From Malacoraja senta (Eukaryota), in contig JAXLNO010000364.1 of assembly GCA_038087875.1 (NCBI GenBank), forward strand, positions 310,001 through 354,661: a stretch of DNA of 44,661 bases, read 5' to 3'. The position numbers and the translations under genes were made by a program. Below are positions 1 to 11,994 of the stretch, in pieces. The notes under the pieces are model-generated. The model saw nothing but the letters and a program-made list of their open reading frames with translations. It was not told the DNA's origin and ran no database searches. Within the stretch, counting starts at the first letter, position 1, and every line of letters starts with the position of its first letter.

Positions 1-170
1 CCACTTTCCAGTTCTCCGACCTGTCTCCAACTACATATTATCTCTGCACCGCCCACTCCCTTGACAGCAATCTGGAGAAGGGTCTCGACCCGAAACTTCA
101 CCCATTACTTCTCTCCAGAGATGCGGCCTGTCCCGCCGAGTTACTCCAGCATTTTGTGTCTATCTTCGAC
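1..170 (+). mobile_element. Penelope-like element terminal-repeat (pLTR) fragment with degenerate hammerhead motif
   Basis: CTGGAGA-A-GGGT-CTCG-ACCC-GAAA at 72-95, followed by the conserved block ccagagatgc...gagttactccagcattttgtgtct that recurs throughout the window. Confidence 0.65.
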
Positions 171-315
171 CAGTAACAGCATTTCTTTCCTTCACAATAC
201 ATACATATATATAGATATACGATACGATAGAACTTTATTTATCCCAGGAGGGAAATTAATTTGCCAACAGTCATAAAATATATCTATATCTATGTTTTTT
301 TATGCCATTTTGCAA

Positions 316-318
<3 letters not shown>

Positions 319-348
<30 letters not shown>
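319..348. repeat. (TA)n microsatellite
   Basis: About 15 TA units read directly. Confidence 0.95.
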
Positions 349-349
<1 letters not shown>

Positions 350-537
350 TACACACACATACGCACACACAAACCCCCCCCCCCCAATAAAAGTGCAATA
401 ATAATAAAAACAGTCAATGCAGTTCAGAGCTTATTTGAGGTTGTATTGATTAAATAACCAAATGGCAGTAAGGAAGAAGTTGTTTCTGAACCTGGACATT
501 ACAGTTTTCAGATTACAGATGACAGATTACATTGCAG

Positions 538-1037
538 ATAGACACAAAGTGCTGGAGGAACTCAGCGGGTCAGACAGCATCCTTCAAGAACATCGATAGG
601 TACAAAGTGCAGGCGTAACTCAGCGGGTCAGGCAGCATCTATGGAGAACATGGATAGTCACGTGCTGGGGTAAGTCAGCTGGTCAAGCAGCATCTCTGCA
701 GAACATGGATAGTCACAAAGTGTTGGAGTAACTCAGAGTGTCAGTCAGCATCTCTGGAGAGCCTGAATAGGTACAAAGTGCAGGAGTAACTCAGCGGGTC
801 AGGCAGTATCCCTGGGGAACATGGATAGACACAGAGTGCTGGAGTAACCCAGCGGGTCAGGCAGCATCTCTGCAGAACATGGACAGACATAAAGTGGTGG
901 AGTATATCAGCGGGTCAGGCAGCATATCTGGAGAACATGGGATAGACACAAAATTCTGGAGTAACTCAGAGGGACAAGCAGCATCGGCAGAGATAAACAT
1001 GGGTGACATTTCAAGTTGGATCCCTTCCTCAAGTCTG
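538..1037 (-). repeat. Tandem array of 8 x ~58 bp units derived from the Penelope-like terminal repeat
   Basis: Unit starts at 538, 596, 654, 709, 767, 825, 883 and 942 (atagacacaaagtgctggagtaactcagcgggtcaggcagcatctctggagaacatgg). The unit is the reverse complement of the block at ~100-165. The array ends in a degenerate reverse hammerhead motif at ~1001-1037. Confidence 0.85.
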
Positions 1038-1221
1038 AAAGTAGAGGGTGGAGGTTCAGACATTATAACAGCAGAATTAGGCATTCAGCCCATCATCTAC
1101 TCCATCATTCAGTCATTGCTGATATGTCTTCATCTCTCAACCCCATTCTCTTGCCTTCTCCCGATAACCCCTGACACCCATACTAATCAAGAACCTGTCT
1201 CGCTCCGCATTAAACATATTC

Positions 1222-1893
1222 TTGACTTTTTCCCCCGAACGAACCGGCAGTATTTTTCATGCCGATACGAGTTTAAATCCACTGCAAATGCAACGTTCCA
1301 ATTGATCGCGTTTCAGTAAAACCCAATCGCAAGATGATTTAAATGGCCATTAATTTACAGGTATTAAATTAAATTCTTCCATTTGGCCTATAAATCCATG
1401 ACAATGAGATTTAAAAATTATGTTATATTGTGAATTCTTGTGTGAATGTCATTTGGACACTTAGGCTTTTAAAAATGTTAATCTATTTTTAAGAAATTGA
1501 TAGATGTTTAGATCTAGTAATTGAATTTTGTAATTAGCAACAATTAGGTAACTAACTAATTATATGCTTTAATTTCATGTCGTCTAAGTAAGATTGTTTC
1601 ATATTTGTTTCAGAATGCTTCAATCTATAATAACTGAACATTTCTTTCAGTTCTCTTAATTTTTAAGAAAGTTATGGGCTTTTGACTGTCCTCGATCACA
1701 GCTTTTGTGTTAAGTCAATGGAAAAGCAATAGGAACAAGATGCTAATTTCAGAGTATGAAAATGCCCATACCTTTTTTAATACTGAAGATATGAATGTGA
1801 ATTAGGTGTCAAATTAAACTACTTTTTATGCTTTATCTGATGGATAAATTACAGACTTGATTTTTACAATCTCAAAATGTTGTAACATTGTTA
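1222..1893 (-). mobile_element. Truncated copy of the hAT-like non-autonomous DNA transposon at 27673-28714
   Basis: Reverse complement aligns by eye to 27673-~28345. It ends in the TIR tgtaacattgtta (1881-1893). Confidence 0.85.
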
Positions 1894-1894
1894 C

Positions 1895-3490
1895 ATAATC
1901 ATGGACCAGTCTCACCCCGGTCACTCTCTCTGCTCCCTCTCCCAACATTCAAGAGGTATAGTCAAGTCAAGTCAATTTTATTTCTATAGCTCATTTAAAA
2001 ACAACTCTCGTTGACCAAAGTGATTTACATCAGTGCAGGTACTAACGTGCTACAAACAGTGGTACATAGATCTAACAATACATACATAAATACATATACA
2101 CAGCGCTCTCTCAGAGGACCTCAAGAAAGGCTTGTGAGTAGAAATAAGTTTTAAGTCTAGACTGAAAAGAGTTGATGGAGGGGGCATTTCTGATGGGAAG
2201 AGGGATGCTGTTCCATAGTCTAGGTGCTGCAGCCGCAAAAGTGCGGTCGCCCCTGAGCTTATGCCTGGACCGCGGAATGGTCAGTAACCCCAAGTCAGCC
2301 GAGGTGGTATGGTGGGTAAGCAGACTTTTGATGTAGGTGGGGGCAAGCCCTTTAAGGGCTTTGTATACAAAAAGGAGGAGCTTGAAATTGATTCTGAACT
2401 GCACTGGGGAGCCAGTGGAGAGAGGCCTGAATCGGGTGATGTGGTCCCTTTTTCAGGGTGCCCGTCGGAAGTCTCGTTGCAGCGTTTTGGACCAATTGCA
2501 GGCGGGACAGGGATGATTGGCTAATGCCAGTGTAAAGGAGTAGCAGTAATCGAGGCGGGAGGAGATAAATGAGTGGATGATCTTCTCAAGGTCGTCAAAT
2601 TGGAGGGAAGGTTTTATTTTAGCTATCGTGCAAAGCTGGAAGAAGCTGGCTTTTACCACGGCATTGACTTGCTTGTCAAACTTCAACGCGGAGTCAAATA
2701 TCACGCCAAGGTTTTTGACGTGAGGTTTTAGTAACGGGGTAAGGCTTCGAAGGCTGCCTGCTATCATTTTGATGGAGTCTGAGGGCCGAGAAGGATGACC
2801 TCAGACTTGCTCTCATTTAGTAGGAGGAAGTTCTGGCCATCGAACACTTTATATCCTCAAGGCAGTGCATAAGGCTGAGTAGATTTGATCGGTTGTTGGG
2901 CTTCAGGGGAAGGTAGAGTTGTGTATCGTCTGCAAAGCAGTAGAAGGAAATTCCATGCCTTTGAATGACTTGGCCTAAGGGGAGCATATACAGGGAGACG
3001 AGAATGGGGCCTAGGATGGAGCCTTGTGGAACCCCGCAGCTAAGGCTAGCTGGGGAGGAGAAAGAGTTGCCTATGTTTGTAGAGAAACTCCTATCTTTGA
3101 GGTAGGAGACGAACCAGCTCAGGGCAGTGCCATCAATACCAACCCCGTACCGGAGATGGTCAATTAGGTTGGTGTGTATAGAACTGTGAAAACACATACC
3201 TCCAGATTTAGAAACAATTTCGTCCCAGCTGTTATCAGGCAACTGAACTATCCTATCGACAGCTAGAGCGCAGTCCCCAGCTACTATCTACCTCATTGAA
3301 AACTCGCTGACTATCTTTACACAGACTTTACTGAATCTCATTGTGCGCTGAATATTATTCCCTTTATCATGTATCTGTACATTGTGGTTAGCTCGAGTGT
3401 GATCATGTGTAATCTTCCCCATGACTGGTTACACGCAACAAAAAGCCTTGGTACATGTGACAATAAACTAAAATACACTAAACTGAACTA
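1895..3490 (+). mobile_element. Rex1/Babar-type LINE 3' fragment split by an L2 insertion (pieces 1895-1961 and 3176-3490)
   Basis: Encodes ...DQSHPGHSL... and resumes at tatagaactgtgaaaacacatacctccagattt. Ends in a gtgacaataaa(ctaaa)n-like tail. The same sequence occurs at ~5740-6020. Confidence 0.6.
1962..3175 (-). mobile_element. L2 (LINE2) 5'-truncated, frameshifted copy
   Basis: Minus-strand ORFs carry GVPQGSILGP, CFADDTQLY, SRLDYC and GDRTFAAAAPRLWNSIP...LKTYF. There is a (TTGAC)n tail at ~1962-1975 and a 6-bp direct repeat GTATAG at 1956-1961 and 3176-3181. Confidence 0.9.
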
Positions 3491-3569
3491 ATTAATATTC
3501 CATTTGGAGACAAGCCTGATGCTCCATGCCTTGACTGTGACTTCAAGGACTCTATTCCTTGCAGCGCAA

Positions 3570-4400
3570 GAGGATAAAGGTTGATCTTATAGAGGTGCAC
3601 AAAATCATGGGAGGAATAAATAGAGTGGAGTCTCTTCCCCAGAGTAGGGGAATTGAAAACCAGAGGACATAGATTTAAGGTGAGGGGGGTAAAGATTTAA
3701 CTCTTTCACACAAAGCATGGTAGGTAGATGGAACGAGTTGAGGTAGTTGAGGTAGTTGAGGTAGGGATATCGTAATGTTTATGAAACATTTGGACAGGGA
3801 CATGGATAAGACTGAGTAGGTTAACCTGTGATGAGCGTTTGTCCGCACTGGGCCTGTACTCGCTGGAGATTAGAAGAATGAAGGGGAACCTCATTGAAAC
3901 ATGAAGAATAGTGGAAGGCTTGTGTAGAGTGGATGTGGAGAGGATGTTTCCACTAGTGGGATGCTAGGACGAGAGGTCATTGCCTCAGAAGTAGGACGTT
4001 CGTTTAGGAAGATGAGCAGAAATTTATTTAGTCAGAGGGTGGTGAATATGTGGAATTCTTTGCCACAGAAGGCTGTGGAAGCCAAGTCAGTGGATATTTT
4101 TAAGACAGGGATAGAAAGATTCTTGATTAGTACAGGTGACAGAGGTTATGGGGAGAATTGAGAAGAATGGAGATAGGTGGGAGACCCAGATCAGCCATGA
4201 TTGAATGGCAGTGTATGCCAGACTTGATGGACCAAATGGCCTAATTCTACTATCTCTAATGACCATATGAGGACAAGTTTAGAGGCATATGGGCCAAACA
4301 CAGGCAGGTCGGACTAGTGTGGTAGGGACATGTTGGTCGGTGTGGGCCACTTGGGCTGAATGGCCTGTTTCAATGCTGTACGACTTTATGACTCGATGAC
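3570..4400 (+). mobile_element. Degenerate CR1 LINE 3' fragments
   Basis: GLYSLE-like and FSQRVVNMWNSLPQKAVEAKS translations, plus CR1-type 3' UTR sequence. Confidence 0.75.
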
Positions 4401-4880
4401 TTCCTTAGAAAATAGACAATAGACAATGGACAATAGGCGTAGAAGTAGGCCTTTCGGCCCTTCAAGCCAGCACCGCCATTCACCGTGTAGAACTGCAGAA
4501 GGACCTCTTTGCTTCTATACTCAACTCCTCCTGTTGTGAAGGCCAACATGACATTAGCCTTCTTCACTGCCTGCTGTACCTGCATGCTTACATTAACTGA
4601 GGTAATCCATGATATCTCCAGTGACTTTTACAAACTTGTGCAGGTGCACCATAGAAAGCATAGTGTCATAGAACATGAAACCAAACTGTCATAGAACAGA
4701 GAACAATACTGCACAAGAAAAGTGCCGTTCACAGGCTCAAAATGTCCATGCCAAACATGATGCCAAGCCCAAATCTTATCTGCCAGAACATAATCGATAT
4801 TATAGAAACATAGAAAATAGATGCAGCAGTAGGCATTCGGTCAGCTGCATCTTCGAGCAAACAACGCCTTTCAATATGAT

Positions 4881-5077
4881 GTTTTTAAGAAAGAACGGCA
4901 GATGCTGGAAAATCGAAGGTACACAAAAATGCTGGAGAAACTCAGCGGGTGCAGCAGCATCTATGGAGCAAAGGAAATATGTCTGAAGAAGGGTTTCGGC
5001 CCGAAACGTTGCCTATTTCCTTCGCTCCATAGATGCTGCTGCACCCGCTGAGTTTCTCCAGCATTTTTGTGTACCTT
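4881..5077 (+). mobile_element. Penelope-derived miniature hairpin element flanked by a target-site duplication
   Basis: 64-bp inverted repeat at 4916-4979 and 5014-5077 (1 mismatch). Direct repeat cctttcaatatgat at 4867-4880 and 5074-5087. Confidence 0.8.
4979..5014 (+). ncRNA. Minimal type I hammerhead ribozyme motif (Penelope-associated)
   Basis: CUGAAGA (4983-4989), one extra A, helix II GGGU-UUCG-GCCC (4991-5002), GAAA (5003-5006), palindromic AACGUU helix III, and putative cleavage after GUU at 5010. Activity is not demonstrated. Confidence 0.65.
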
Positions 5078-6024
5078 TCAATATGATCATGGCTGATCAT
5101 CCAAAATCGGTACCCTGTTCCTGCTTTCTCCAAATATCCCTTGATTCCATTAGCCCAAAGGGCCATATCTGCCTCTCTCTTGAATACATCCAGTGAATTG
5201 GCCCCCACTGCTCTCTGTGGCAGTGAATTCCACTGATTTACAACACTCTGGGTGAAATTTTTTTTTTCCTCATCTCCTAAATGTCCTACCCCTTAATCTT
5301 AAACTATGACCCCTGGTTCTGGACTTCCCCAACATCGGGAACATTTTTCCTGCATCCAGCTTGTCCAATCCCTTAAGAATTTCATGTGTTTCTAGAAGAT
5401 CCCATCTCATACTTCTAAAATGCAGTGAATATCAGCCCAGTCGACCCATCCTTTCCTCACATGCCAGTTCCGCTATCCTGGGAATGACCCTGGTGAACCT
5501 ACGCTGCACTTCCTCGATAGCAAGAATGTCCGTTCTCAAATTAGGAGACTATAACTGCACACATTACTCCATGTGTGGTCTCACCAGGGCCCTGTAAACT
5601 GCACTAGACCCTCCCTCTATTCCCTGCATTTCCATGTACCAATCTAAATGTATCTTAAACGCCAACATCGTATCACCCTCAACATGCACCTTCAGCAGCG
5701 CGTTCCAGGCACTCACCAACCACAGTGTAAAAAAACAACATAATCAAAGACGAGTCTCACCCTGGCCACTCTCTCTACTCCCCTCTCCCATCAATCATGA
5801 GGTAAAGAAGTGTGAAAACAGACACATACATCCAGATTCAGAGATAGTTTTATCCCAGCTGTTATCAGGCAACTGAACCATCCTGCTAACAACTAGAAGG
5901 CAGTTCTGAACCTTATTGGAGACCCTCAGCCTATTTTTGATTGGACTTTACCGGCTTTATCTTGCACTAAACATTATTCACATTATTCCCTGCATCGTCC
6001 TTGTACTGAAGGTCATTACTGAAG

Positions 6025-6670
6025 TCTCTGAAAGTTGGCTGACGGGTACAGCAGGCAGTGAAGAAAGCTAATGGAATGTTGCCCTTCATAACAAGAGGAT
6101 TTCAGTATAGGAGTAAAGAGGTTCTTCTGCAGTTGTATAGGGCTCTGGTGAGACCACATCTGGAGTATTGTGCACAGTTTTGGTCTCCTAATTTGAGGAA
6201 GGACATCCTTGTGATTGAGGCAGTGCAGTGTAGGTTCACGAGATTGATCCCTGGGATGACGGGACTGTCATATGAGGAAAGATTGAAAAGACTAGGCTTG
6301 TATTCACTGGAGTTTAGAAGGATGAGGGGGGTATCTTATAGAAACATATACAATTATAAAAGGACTGGACAAGCTAGATGCAGGAAAAATGTTCCCAATG
6401 TGGGGTGTGTCCGGAACCAGGGGCCACAGTCCTAGAATAAAGGGGAGGTCAGAAAAAACTTTTTCACCCAGAGAGTTGTGAATTTATGGAATTCCCTGCC
6501 ACAGAGGGCAGTGGAGGCCAAGTCACTGGATGGATTTAAGAGAGAGTTAGATAGAGCTCTAGGGCCTAGTGGAGTCAAGGGATATGGGGAGAAGGCCGGC
6601 ACAGTTATTGATCGCGGATGATCAGCCATGATCACAATGCTGGCACCTATTTTCTACGTTTCTATGTTTC
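6025..6670 (+). mobile_element. CR1 LINE 3' fragment
   Basis: ORF 6058-6435 KKANGML...LYRALVRPHLEYCAQFWSP...RLGLYSLEFRRMRG and a (ttctatgt)-like tail. Confidence 0.9.
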
Positions 6671-6865
6671 TTTCATGTATCTGTGCACTGTGGATGGCTT
6701 GTTTGTAAATATGTATAGTCTTTTCGCTCACTGGTTATTATGCAACAAAAGCTTTTCACTGTACCTAGGTACACGTGACAACAATCTAAACCCAAACTCC
6801 AAAACTTGCCCCGCATATCTTTAAACTTTGCCTGTCGCATCTTACAGCTATGCTCTGTTGTATAA

Positions 6866-7170
6866 GGGTAGCACGGTGGCGCAGCGGTAGAGTTGCTGCC
6901 TTACCACGCCAGAGACCTGGGTTCGATCCTGAGTCCGGGTGCTGTCTGTACGGAGTTTGTATGTTCTCCCTGTGACCTGCGTAGATTTTGTCCGGGTGCT
7001 CGGATTTCCACACACACACTCCAAAGACATACGTTCCTAAGAGAATTGGCTTCAGTACAAATTGCAAATTGTTCCAACAGTATAGGATAGTGTCAGTATA
7101 TGAGGATCGTAGGTCATTACAGACTCACGAGGCTAAAGGGCCTGTTTCCACACTGTACCTAATCTGAGCT
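6866..7170 (+). mobile_element. tRNA-derived V-SINE (HE1-like)
   Basis: A box tggcgcagcgg, B box ggttcgatcc, central ggagtttgtatgttctccc...ccgggtgctc domain, and CR1-like 3' end aagggcctgtttcc. Confidence 0.85.
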
Positions 7171-7487
7171 AATAGAAAATGGTTCTGACTTATTATCCTT
7201 TCTATGCTTCCCATAATTCCATATACATCTATCAGGTCTCCTCAGAGCCTTCGGCGTTCCAGAGAAAACAATCCAAATTTGTCCACATTCTCCGACTACC
7301 TAATGCCCTCCAATACAGGCATCATTCTGGTAAACCTGCTGTGCACACTTTCCTAATCCTGCACATTCTTCCTGCAATGGGATGACCAGAACTGCATGCA
7401 ATACTCCAAATGTGGCCTAACCAAAGTCCTATATAGCTGCATCATAACTTCCTGACTATTACACTCAATGCACTGATCTACGAAGGC

Positions 7488-7630
7488 ATGGGAGGAGAAA
7501 AAGGGTCTCGACCCAAAACATCACCTATTCCTTTTCTCCAGAGATGCTGTTTGACCCGCTGCGTTACTCCAATATTTTGTGTTTGTCTTCGGTTTAAACC
7601 AACATCTGCAGTTCCTTCCTACACATTTAT
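7488..7630 (+). mobile_element. Penelope-like terminal-repeat fragment
   Basis: agggtctcgacccaaaacatcacc...ccagagatgctg...gttactcc...aacatctgcagttcc. Confidence 0.7.
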
Positions 7631-8050
7631 TCAGTCACCCTATCCTCTTCCTTGTCCCACCCACCCCCTTTTCTGATTTCCTTTTATCCTCTTTTATTCC
7701 CCCTTCCTCACTCCAAGTATCCACACTCCTCCTTCCTCATTTCACCCATCCTCTTCCCCCTCCCTCAATCCATCTATTTAAACTTCTTCCTCATTTCCCA
7801 AACCACCCTCCCTCCGCTCATCCACACGCCTCCTCTCTTCACCTCCCTCCCGTTCACCCCCTCCCTCTCGCTCCATCCACATGTGTCCTGCCCACCACAC
7901 ATCCCTCCCCATCACTCCCCTCCCTTCATCCACACGACTCTCCTCCACCCCTCCACCTCTCCATGCCTCCACTCCATCCCCGTCGGTTACTCCACCCAAA
8001 CGCATGCCTCCTCCCACCTCTCCACCTGCATCCACCGATTTTCCCCTACA
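7630..8050. repeat. C/T-rich low-complexity tract, homologous (inverted) to 15870-16105
   Basis: tcagtcaccctatcctc...ttctgatttccttttatcctcttt...ccacactcctccttcc is shared with the reverse complement of ~16000-16105. Confidence 0.75.
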
Positions 8051-8063
8051 CAAGAGTGTATAA

Positions 8064-8745
8064 ACATAGAACATTGAAACATAGAAAAATAGGTGCAGGA
8101 GCAGGCCATTCACCCCTTCGAACCAGCAAAGCCATTCAATATGATCATGGCTGATCATCTAAAATCCGTACCCCATTCCTGCTTTTACCCCATATCCCTT
8201 GATTCCTTTAGCCCTAAGAGCTAAATCTAACTCTCTCTTCAATACATCCAGTGAATTAGACTCCACTGCCGACTGTGGCAGATAATTCCACAGATTCATA
8301 ACTCTCTGGGGGTGAAAACGTTTTTCCTCATCTCAGTCCTAAATGGGCTACCACTTATTCGTAAACTGTGATCCCTGGTTCTGGACTCCCCCAACATCCG
8401 GACTATTTTTCCTGCATCTAGCCTGTCCAATCCTTTAAGAATTTTAAATGCTTCTATAAGATCACCTCTCATCCTTCTAAATTCCAGTGAATGCAAGCAC
8501 AGTGGACCCATTCTTTCATCATATGTCCATTCCGCCATCCCGGAAACTTATCTGGTGATACTACACTGCACTCCCTCAGTAGCAATAATGTTGTTCCTCA
8601 AATTAGGAGACAAAAATTCCATGCAATACTCCAGGTGTGGTCTCACGAGGGCCCTGTAAAGTGCAGTAGGACCTCCTTGTTCCTAAACTCAAATCTTCTC
8701 GCAGTGAAGGCCAACATGCCATTAGCTATCTTCACTGCCTGCTAT
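8064..8745 (-). mobile_element. CR1 LINE 3' fragment
   Basis: (acatagaa)n tail and minus ORF 8296-8538 SLEFRRMRGDLIEAFKILKGLDR. Confidence 0.9.
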
Positions 8746-10790
8746 TTGTGGATTACAGCTCCGCATTCAACACAATCATACCCAGTAGACTGGTCTCCAA
8801 GCTGTCCAACCTAGGCTTCGAACTCAACATCTGCCTTTGGATTACAGACATCCTAACGGACCGGCCGCAGTCAGACAGGATGGGACCCCACCACTCCCCC
8901 ACTATGACACTCAGCACAGGAGTTCCACAAGGCTGTGTGCTCAGCCCCCTCCTCTACTCCCTCTATACCTATGACTGCATACATAGAAACATAGAAACTT
9001 AGAAAATAAGTGCAGGAGGAGGCCATTCAGCGCTTCAAGCCAGCACCGCCATTCATTGTGATCTTGACTGATCGTCCCCAATCAATAACCCGTGCCTGCC
9101 TTCTCCCCATATCCCTTGATTCCACCAGTCCCTAGAGCTCTATCTAACTATCTCTTAAATCCATCCAGTGATTTAGCCTCCACTGCCCTCTGTGGCAGGG
9201 AATTCCACAAATTCACAACTCTCTAGGTGAAAAAGCTTTTTCTCACCTCAGTCTTAAATGGCCTCCCGTTTATTCTAAGACTGTGGCCCCTGGTTCTGGA
9301 CTCGCCCAACATTGGGAATATTTTTCCTGCACCTAGCCTGTCCAGTCCTTTTATAATTTTATATGTTTCTATAAGATCCCCCTCATCCTTCTGAACTCCA
9401 GTGAATACACGCCTAGTCTTTTCAATCTATCCTCATATGACAGTCCCACCATCCCAGGGATCAACCTCGTGAACCTACGCTTCACTGCCTCAATCACAAG
9501 GACGTCCTTTCTCAAATTAGGAGACCAAAACTGTACACAATACTCCAGATGTGGTCTTACCAGAGCCCTATACAACTGCAGAAGAACCTCTCTACTCCTA
9601 TACTGAAATCCTCTTGTTATGAAGGCCAACATTTCATTAACTTTCTTCACTGCCTGCTGTACCTGCACGCCAACTTTCAGTGACCGGTGTACAAGGACAC
9701 CCAGGTCTCGCTGTACCTCCCCCTTACCTAAACTAACCCCATTGAGATAACAATCTACCCCCTTGTTTTTGCCACAAAGTGGATAACCTCACATTTATCT
9801 ATATTATTCTGCATCTACCCAGTCACTCAACCTGTCCAGGTCACCCTGCAACCTCCTAACATTCTCTTCACAGTTCACACTGCCACCCAGCTTGCGCAAA
9901 CTTCCTTGTGTTGCTCCTAATTCCCTCTTCCAAATCATTAATATATATGGTAAACAGTTGCGGCCCCAACACCGAGCCTTGCGGCACTCCACTCGCCACT
10001 GCCTGCCATTCTGAAAAGGACCCGTTCACTCCTACTCTTTGCTTCCTGTCACTGACCCACAGCATGAACACCATCATCAAATTTGCAGATGACAAGGCAG
10101 TGGCGGGGCTGATCACTGAGGGCGATGATTCAGCTTACAGGGAGGAGGTACAGAGGTTAATAGGCTGGTGCTCAGAGAACTTAGCACTCATTACCAAGAA
10201 AACAAAAGAGCTCATCATTGACCAGGAAGAAGCAGGGTGACCATCCCCCACTACACATAAATAGTGAAAGAGTGGACAGCGTCTCCAGTTTCAGGTTTCT
10301 GCGCACCCTCATCTCACCACATGTCAACTAACACGAACTCCCTGATAAAGAAGGCAATACAACGGCTTTACTTCCTAAGATCACTCAGGAAAGTCAACTT
10401 GCAACAACAGCTGCTAGTGTCATTCTACCGTTGCTCCATAGAGAGTGTCCTGACACATGGCATCCCAGTGTGGTATGGCAACATTTCTGCAGCTGACAAG
10501 AAAGCTCTGCAGAGGTTCATCAACACAGCCCAGAAGATCACGAACGAACATCTGCCTTCCCCCGGAAGAGATCTATAGCTCTCATTGCCTGCGAAAGGCA
10601 TCCTAAAGGACTCATCTCATCCCGCACATCATTTGCTTGCCGTTCTGCCCTCAGGAAAGCTTTGCAGGTCCATCAAATCACACACCACAAGATTAACAAA
10701 CAGTTACTACCCCAAGGCCATCACCACTCTGAACAATGCACTGAATACACCACCCCCCCGTAGCCAATATTTTGTACTGCTATAACATAT
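8745..10790 (+). mobile_element. Rex1/Babar LINE RT fragment split by a CR1 insertion (pieces 8745-8980 and 10051-10790)
   Basis: [11 protein letters not shown]...[21 protein letters not shown] resumes as [13 protein letters not shown]...FYRCSIESVLTHGIPVWYGN...HPAHHL. Confidence 0.85.
8981..10050 (-). mobile_element. CR1 LINE 5'-truncated copy
   Basis: [36 protein letters not shown] and an (acatagaa)n tail at 8981. Confidence 0.9.
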
Positions 10791-10796
10791 ACTGTG

Positions 10797-11990
10797 AAAC
10801 ATAAACATAGAAACATAGAAAATAGGTGCAGGAGTAGGCCATTCGGTCCTTCGAGCCTGCACCGCCATTCAATATGATCATGGCTGATCATCCAACACAG
10901 TATCCTGTACCTGCCTTCTCTCCATACCCCCTGATCCCTTTAGCCACAAGGGCCACATCTAACTCCCTCTTAAATATAGCCAATGAACTGGCCTCAACTA
11001 CTTTCTGTGGCAGAGAATTCCACAGATTCACCACTCTCTGTGTGAAAAATGTTTTTCTCATCTCGGTCCTAAAAGACTTCCCCCTTATCCTTAAACTGTG
11101 ACCTCTTGTTCTGGACTTCCCCAACATCGGAAGCAATCTTCCTGCATCTAGCCTGTCCAACCCCTTAAGAATCTTGTAAGTTTCTATAAGATCCCCCCTC
11201 AATCTTCTAAATTCCAGCGAGTACAAGCCGAGTCTATCCAGTCTTTCTTCATGTGAAAGTCCTGCCATTCCAGGAATCATTCTGGTGAACCTTCTCTGTA
11301 CTCCCTCTATGGCAAGAATGTCTTTCCTCAGATTTGGAGACCAAAACTGTACGCAATACTCCAGGTGTGGCTCCACCAAGACCCTGTACAACTGCAGTAG
11401 AACCTCCCTGCTCTTATACTCAAATCCTTTTGCTATGAATGCTAACATACCATTCGCTTTCTTCACTGCCTGCTGCACCTGCATGCCCACTTTCAATGAC
11501 TGGTGTACCATGACACCCAGGTCTCGTTGCACATTCTGATGACAACGTTTTTCTTACCGTTTTTGCTGTTTTCATTGTCGTTATTATTTATCTGAGACGT
11601 TGGAGCTTCGCTCGGGCAGTGCGCCTGAAATTTTGTTGTATGTATTTACAATGACAATACAGTGTAATACCTGCATGCTCAATTTCAGGTCTCGTTGTAC
11701 CTCCCCTTTTCCTAATCTGACACCATTCAGATCATAATCTGCCTTCCTGTTCTTGCCACCAAAGTAGATAACCTCATATTTATCCACATTATACTGCATC
11801 TGTCATGCATCTGACCACTCACCTAATCTATCCAGGTCACCCTGCAGCCTCATAGCAACCTCCTCGCAGCTCAAACTGCCACCCAGCTTTACGTCATCTG
11901 CAAACTTGGAGATGTCACATTTAATTCCCTCGTCTAAATCGTAAATATATATTGTAAATAACTGGGGTTCCAGCACTGAGCCTTGCGGCA
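10797..11990 (-). mobile_element. CR1 LINE fragments, including an open 214-aa ORF2 C-terminus (10888-11532) and an upstream RT piece (~11670-11990)
   Basis: RDLGVMVHQSLK...QRVVNLWNSLP, VPQGSVLEPQLF...KFADD, and an (acatagaa)n tail. Confidence 0.9.
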
Positions 11991-11994
11991 CGGA

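Larger units (their letters stand above)
4800..5605 (-). mobile_element. CR1 LINE 3' fragment (host of the Penelope-derived hairpin)
   Basis: (acatagaa)n tail at ~4801-4818 and reverse complement of the CR1 ORF2 C-terminus, similar to 10797-11535. Confidence 0.85.

Noticed and set aside
879..1319. 146-aa ORF
   Set aside because: It runs across a tandem repeat, a CR1 tail remnant and a DNA-transposon fragment, so it is a chance open frame.
7579..8158. Pro/His-rich and Gly/Glu-rich ORFs
   Set aside because: They arise from a stop-poor C/T low-complexity tract running into a CR1 tail.
10888..11532. 214-aa ORF as a domesticated gene
   Set aside because: It is the ordinary CR1 ORF2 C-terminus of a young truncated copy with its tail attached.
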